Part shown: positions 59,601 to 64,000 of the stretch, piece after piece | Numbering within the stretch: the first letter of the stretch is position 1 | Layout: the number at the start of each line of letters is the position of its first letter | NCBI GenBank assembly: GCA_977030845.1 | Contig: OZ365118.1 | Coordinates: 21,514,001 to 21,578,000 of the forward strand | Reading direction: 5' to 3' | Origin: Fimbriosthenelais zetlandica | Lineage: Eukaryota | DNA: 64,000 nt | Position numbers and translations under genes: made by a program | Notes under the pieces: generated by a model | Seen by the model: only the letters and a program-made list of their open reading frames with translations | Databases searched by the model: none | What the model was told of the DNA's origin: nothing

Positions 59601-62600
59601 AATTAGACATAATGAAGTTGATTCATTGAGGATTTAAGCAGCTTATAAATAACATTAACTGTATCCGCCTGTTGGGCCTGTGAGGACAGGCTTTTACTGC
59701 TTCAGTTCCCTCCCTCCCCCTCCACCTTCTCCCCTCCCCTCCCCTCCCCCTCCACATTCTCCCCTCCCCCTCCACCCTTCTCCCCATCTCTATGCAGGCG
59801 GAGGGAGGCAATCATGGCTCATAAAAACTGTGGGACAATGAATTTGTGCTGCCTTTGATTTGGAAAATGGAGCTGTAAGAGTTGGCAGGGTCGAGGCAGT
59901 GGAGATGGGGCCAGTATGGGTTGGCCTGAGGGTGGAGGCTGCCGAGCTCTGTACTGCTGACACTGGTCAGAACACCAACATAGTGTATAAGAAAACCTGT
60001 ATACATTCACAAGATAAAGTACTGGATCGTGGCCAGCTTTGTTACATCATGAACCAATTTGATAAATCATGAACCAATTTGATAAATCATGAACCATGAC
60101 CACGATGGTCATTACAAGTCCCTTATGTCCATGTAACATCAAGTATTGGTCAAGAAACTGACCAATTTTAGAGCAAAAGAGACTTAGAGTGCAGGGCAGT
60201 ATCCATTATAAATAGCCATGTGAAATAAATCCATCTGTCTCTGCCTCGCGTCATAATGGATGTACGACTGAGCAGCATTCAGTGAAATACTAAACCTTCC
60301 ATTATCAATACATGGAGTACTCCATCATGATATGGTCTTATATTACTGCTATAGCAGCCAGAGAAGGTGGTCAGTCATAACTACACTACAGAGATGGAAT
60401 GCTGCTGTCATGCCGCACCCAGGCCTCAACAATGGGTGAATATTATAATAGCAGGAGTGAAATCTGAAGGAAACAGGAATTGTTCCATATTTGTCAGATC
60501 TGTGTATGTATTGAAGACCATTTGTAGTAAAATTTAATCATTTATAAGCATGTATCACTATCTTGTCCACCTTCCCCCTGGGGGATTGCTCATCCAGTAG
60601 TTAGTAGCATGGTAACAGCTGATAGGTCCCTCCCTCCAGGGGATAATCCAATAAACCCAGAGATAATCCGATTAGTGGTTTATTCTGGACTACATGCTAA
60701 CAAGGGACAGGTTTAATGTGACCCGGGGGACGGGGGAGTGGGGTTAGGGGTTATTTAAGGTTGAGAGAGTATTGGTAGATAGCGTGTGTTAACTGATACC
60801 AGACGGGTCATGCCACCAAGATCGGTAGTGATGCCTGATACCTCCGCTTAAAAGACACTATTTTGAAATGATTTTGAAGAAATTCAAGACAATAATACAG
60901 TATTTCCCTAAGTAGCCACTACAAGGCTTTTGTATCAATAATAAATTTAATAAATTATTTTATATAAACCCAAAGGCAGGAATGATATTAATATATTTGA
61001 CAGGCGTTAAGTTGGTGAGTGGATAGAGCGGTGGTATAATATTTAATGCAGTATGTACACACACACCTTGTACACCAAGTAACATGCCATGAAATGCGAT
61101 GCAGCTGCATGTGTCTGCCTCCCAACAAATCCAACTAAAAATACCCCCTGACCCAGTGAGTGGCCGGTCAAAGTCCCTGCATGCATTTCCTGGTCTTGAT
61201 CCATGCTTTCCCTTCCTTCCCTGGGGGAAACTGAACCTCAAACGTAGTGAATTTGTACTGTATTTAATAACAGAAACCATATGGAAATAAGGGTTAGGAA
61301 ACTCTAATAAGAAAATGCTCACTAATTTGTGATGCCATTAAGACCTACACCTGTTTAATTAGCCGAGGTAATGATGGCTAATTAAATGCCGGTCATGGCT
61401 CGACCTGAGAAGGTCGGACTTGTACTCTACTGTTTCCACTTGGTTTGCTACATTGACAACTACTCACAGTGAGTATAAGCCAGGGCTTGTTTACAGTGAA
61501 CAGCTTTCTGGGTTAAGGCAACTCGACCGAGGGTAGTACTATGTGGGCTGAGCCCCTTCCCCCCCCCCCCCCTTACCCCTACCCCGCACCCCCGACACGC
61601 GAGGATTTCCTGGGGTATAAAACTCGTGGGAATAGCATTCACCTAGTGAGATGCTCAAGGAAATGGACACATCAGAAAAACAGCAAAATCCAGATTGAGC
61701 TGATGAAAAATGCTCCTTGATATTAATGTATACCATGGTTCCATATGAATTTGTTTTTTAAGACCTATTCCAGAAGGGTTTTGAAATACCTGGTATATAA
61801 AGTTCAGACTGCTACTACATGGGCCTTCCCTAATATGAATTATATAATATTATAACATTTCATTACATCACAAAAATAAATTGCCACCATCTGTATTTTG
61901 CTAGTTGTGTTAAGATCAAAGGTGGCGATAAACAAAGGTGTAACTAATATCTACATTGGCTCCAGAGAAACATTCCCAGAAGTGTTGTGTGGTAGAGACT
62001 TCTGGGGCAGAAGAAATAGGATACCCGTACTGAATCTACAGGGGGGAATGACTAGGGGGACTGTAGGACCATGTCCTGGTAGCCTGCTCTCTCGCTCTGT
62101 CGCTATTTCACAATCTGATCTCTGCCATAGACAGGGTGCGTTTTGTGAAGTTGTGTGAGAGGGCAGGATATGCTCTAGGTGTTGATTAAGCTACCAGTTC
62201 CACCTAATGAGCTTTTGACATAAACCTCTTAGATGGTGAACAGATAAAGCTGTGATAGGTGACACAACACAATTTAAGATTAATTGTAGAATTCTGAATA
62301 CAACAGGTTTAGTCAGGTCCATGGGATGTGAAAACAATTTTCTTGATGGAAGGATGACATGAATTGTGAACCAATTGTTTTTTATAAGCACAAAACCACA
62401 GCTGTAAACACATGGCAAAGGTTAGTATGTAGGAGGGATATATCTGTTAAGAGTTGAGATAAATCAATCATGTTGAAATGAAGTGGGCGAGGCATACAGT
62501 ACATTTATAGACCTATTACTCATATTTATATGTGACTTAATCTATCTAGCACCACTTAGCCTTTGACTGTGATCTGCATATAAAGACCCAGGCTAATTTA

Positions 62601-63017
62601 GGAGAAATTTAGATGAACAACTTTGTGATAATTTACCAAGTTGTGTTGGACCTTTAAATTCGATGAGTATGAAGTATGAACTACCCCCAATAACATGAGC
62701 TCAGGAACTTACCACGTTTCCTCGTCATCGTCAAGTACAACCGTATCCAAATCTACAAGATCTACTTCCTCGAGAGTCCCTTTTTTCAAGCTATCCTTGA
62801 TATAATCTGTGTCATTTGCACCAGTTCTGTTTTGTTTTGACAAGTTGACATCTCTGTCCTCAGTTCCTGGCTTGGCTATGACAGTGTTGGCATCACGATT
62901 TTGTTTGCTCCTCAAAATCTGGTTTTGACGTTCAAGCTTTTTAACTAAATCCTGTAACTTTCTCACTTCCACTTCTGGATCTATTCCGTTATCCAAATCG
63001 TCTACTGTAGTATCCAT
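41608..63017 (-). CDS. SLAIN2: SLAIN motif-containing protein (SLAIN1/2 co-ortholog), ~576 aa
   Basis: Exons 63017-62713 (EVRKLQDLVKKLERQNQILR...DDEETW), 54417-54278 (LYESP...PSPEVETARRSLVFKLD), 52765-52619, 48361-48269, 47858-47775, 47419-47171 (DVDSLQVVARMQEE), 46670-46626 (SLRQ), 45527-45357 (least certain), 44537-44406, 43478-43187 (RRSLPNL, SGIP/SKLP), 41680-41608 (DESWKEGCY*). Total 1731 nt in frame. Confidence 0.9.
45923..46080. repeat. 14-bp tandem repeat x~11 (GTTAC(T/C)ATAACAAT)
   Basis: Direct inspection; SLAIN intron. Confidence 0.9.
49731..49792. repeat. 18-bp tandem repeat x3.4 (CTGGAGCAGCTCACCTCA)
   Basis: Direct inspection. Confidence 0.85.
50066..50133 (+). mobile_element. 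Degenerate tRNA-derived (SINE-head-like) fragment
   Basis: B box GGTTCAATTCC preceded by AAGGTCCCG, with a weak A-box-like GCAGCTCATGG upstream. Confidence 0.35.
51052..51090. repeat. 12-bp tandem repeat x3 (GGCCTTGTTACA)
   Basis: Direct inspection. Confidence 0.8.
54854..55228. mobile_element. 375-bp non-autonomous hAT-like element
   Basis: Imperfect TIRs CAGTGTCTTACATTAGCGG / CAGTGTTTGACATTAAGCAG (reverse complement of the right end); about 9 subterminal GGGCGAC/GTCGCCC-type motifs at both ends; GGTATG duplicated on both flanks. Confidence 0.75.
56320..56416. repeat. 34-bp tandem repeat x~2.9 (CTGCCTGAAGACATTCAAATAAACATATTATAAT)
   Basis: Copies start at 56320, 56354 and 56388. Confidence 0.85.
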
Positions 63018-63110
63018 AATGAAGAAATAAGACGGCACAAACACAAAAATCTAATACACAAAAGGAACAAACTCCTCTCTGCCTGCAGTGTCCACCATTA
63101 CTGGTGTTCG

Positions 63111-63140
63111 TGCGCATGCGCAGCTTGACGTACTTCCGGT
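63111..63140. promoter_or_regulatory. SLAIN promoter: perfect NRF1 palindrome TGCGCATGCGCA and ETS motif ACTTCCGGT
   Basis: 63111-63122 and 63132-63140, about 95-125 nt upstream of the SLAIN ATG. Confidence 0.65.
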
Positions 63141-63679
63141 TAGTGTGAGGTGGCGCCACGAGGTGGCAGAAGTGTGAAGTACAATGCACGTGGCTGGGAT
63201 GTTCACAAAACCTCCTCCACTTCATTATTTTCTGGCGATTTCGAAGAGAAAAAGTCCTGTAGTGAATGAACTTTTCACGCAGAATGGAAGAGGCACCAAG
63301 TTGCGACATATTCTATAAGTATTAATCATCTGGAAGGCGCTTAACCTGGGAAAAACGCTTTGTTATGGTCAGTGTTTCTGGTTCTCATGCCACATTACCG
63401 CTTTGTTTACATTTTGAATTTATGCTGTTTTCCTCAAAAGTAAAGGCCCCGAGGCTCCATATCTGTATGGAAATCTGAGAAAACGTTATGGTTTACCCCT
63501 AGACAGCTTTTTTTGTGCTTTAAAGTTATATTTAACCCGAGAAAGGTCCAGAAATAAGGTCAACCTTGTGCGATGAACACCATGCATGTTTTTGACAATT
63601 TTGTTTTTTTAGGTCAATTTTCAACCTATCTACAAACGGTTTTCGACATTTAGAAATACTTTTACTAAAGTAATTAAAT

Positions 63680-63749
63680 ATGCAAATTAATGTGTCACGT
63701 GACCGCATATCATTAGCATAAATTATGTTAATGAGCATTGTCACGTGAC
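63680..63749. promoter_or_regulatory. Octamer ATGCAAAT plus two CLEAR/E-box palindromes GTCACGTGAC
   Basis: ATGCAAAT at 63680-63687; GTCACGTGAC at 63694-63703 and 63740-63749. Confidence 0.6.
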
Positions 63750-63959
63750 CCATGACGTAGCCGTCTTGACTTAACAAGCCAACATGGACGCCATGCTTGA
63801 CACAGGGAGAAGTGATTACTAAAACCATCATCAATGAGTGTTTATCCCGCTCCCAGAGAGCGTGCTTCCTGCACGCTGAACAACAAACAGTCCCAGAACT
63901 AACTCACGGCGTTTACAAGCTCTAGCAGGAGGAGAAGGTGGATTAAATTAGGATTTACC

Positions 63960-64000
63960 ATGGCGAGCTCTGCCGTTAATGCGACCTCTAGTAGCAATGG
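63960..64000 (+). CDS. Probable start of a divergent gene (MASSAVNATSSSN...), unidentified
   Basis: ATG in strong Kozak context (ACCATGG) downstream of promoter motifs; open to the window end. Too short to identify. Confidence 0.35.
   Translation, partial: MASSAVNATSSSN

Overview
Eukaryotic, intron-rich invertebrate genomic DNA, probably lophotrochozoan/mollusc-like (inferred from domain repertoire only), from a draft assembly with one 152-N gap. Gene order: RPS3 (-, 3' part runs off the window start) head-to-head with cathepsin O (+); BRCA2 (-, 23 coding exons, ~3360 aa, 13 BRC repeats), which carries a complete antisense NLR gene (DZIP3-type HEPN + CARD + NACHT + LRR, ~1222 aa) nested in one ~6.15-kb intron; tryptophan 2,3-dioxygenase TDO (+, 14 exons); SLAIN (-, at least 11 exons); and the probable start of a further + strand gene at the right edge. 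The RPS3 introns hold a dense cluster of about 14 candidate snoRNAs (U24-like x4, snR72-like x2, other C/D and H/ACA), several per intron. Two MITEs, tRNA-derived elements and several coding and non-coding tandem repeats are also present. I spliced all exon structures by hand from GT-AG sites and reading-frame continuity. Homology calls rest on recalled motifs, not database searches. Most interesting: the NLR nested in BRCA2 with a degenerate HEPN active site and non-canonical NACHT motifs, the two-class 13-repeat BRC array, the multi-snoRNA introns of RPS3, and a triplicated exon-encoded NTxTFTRP(K/R)K motif in SLAIN.
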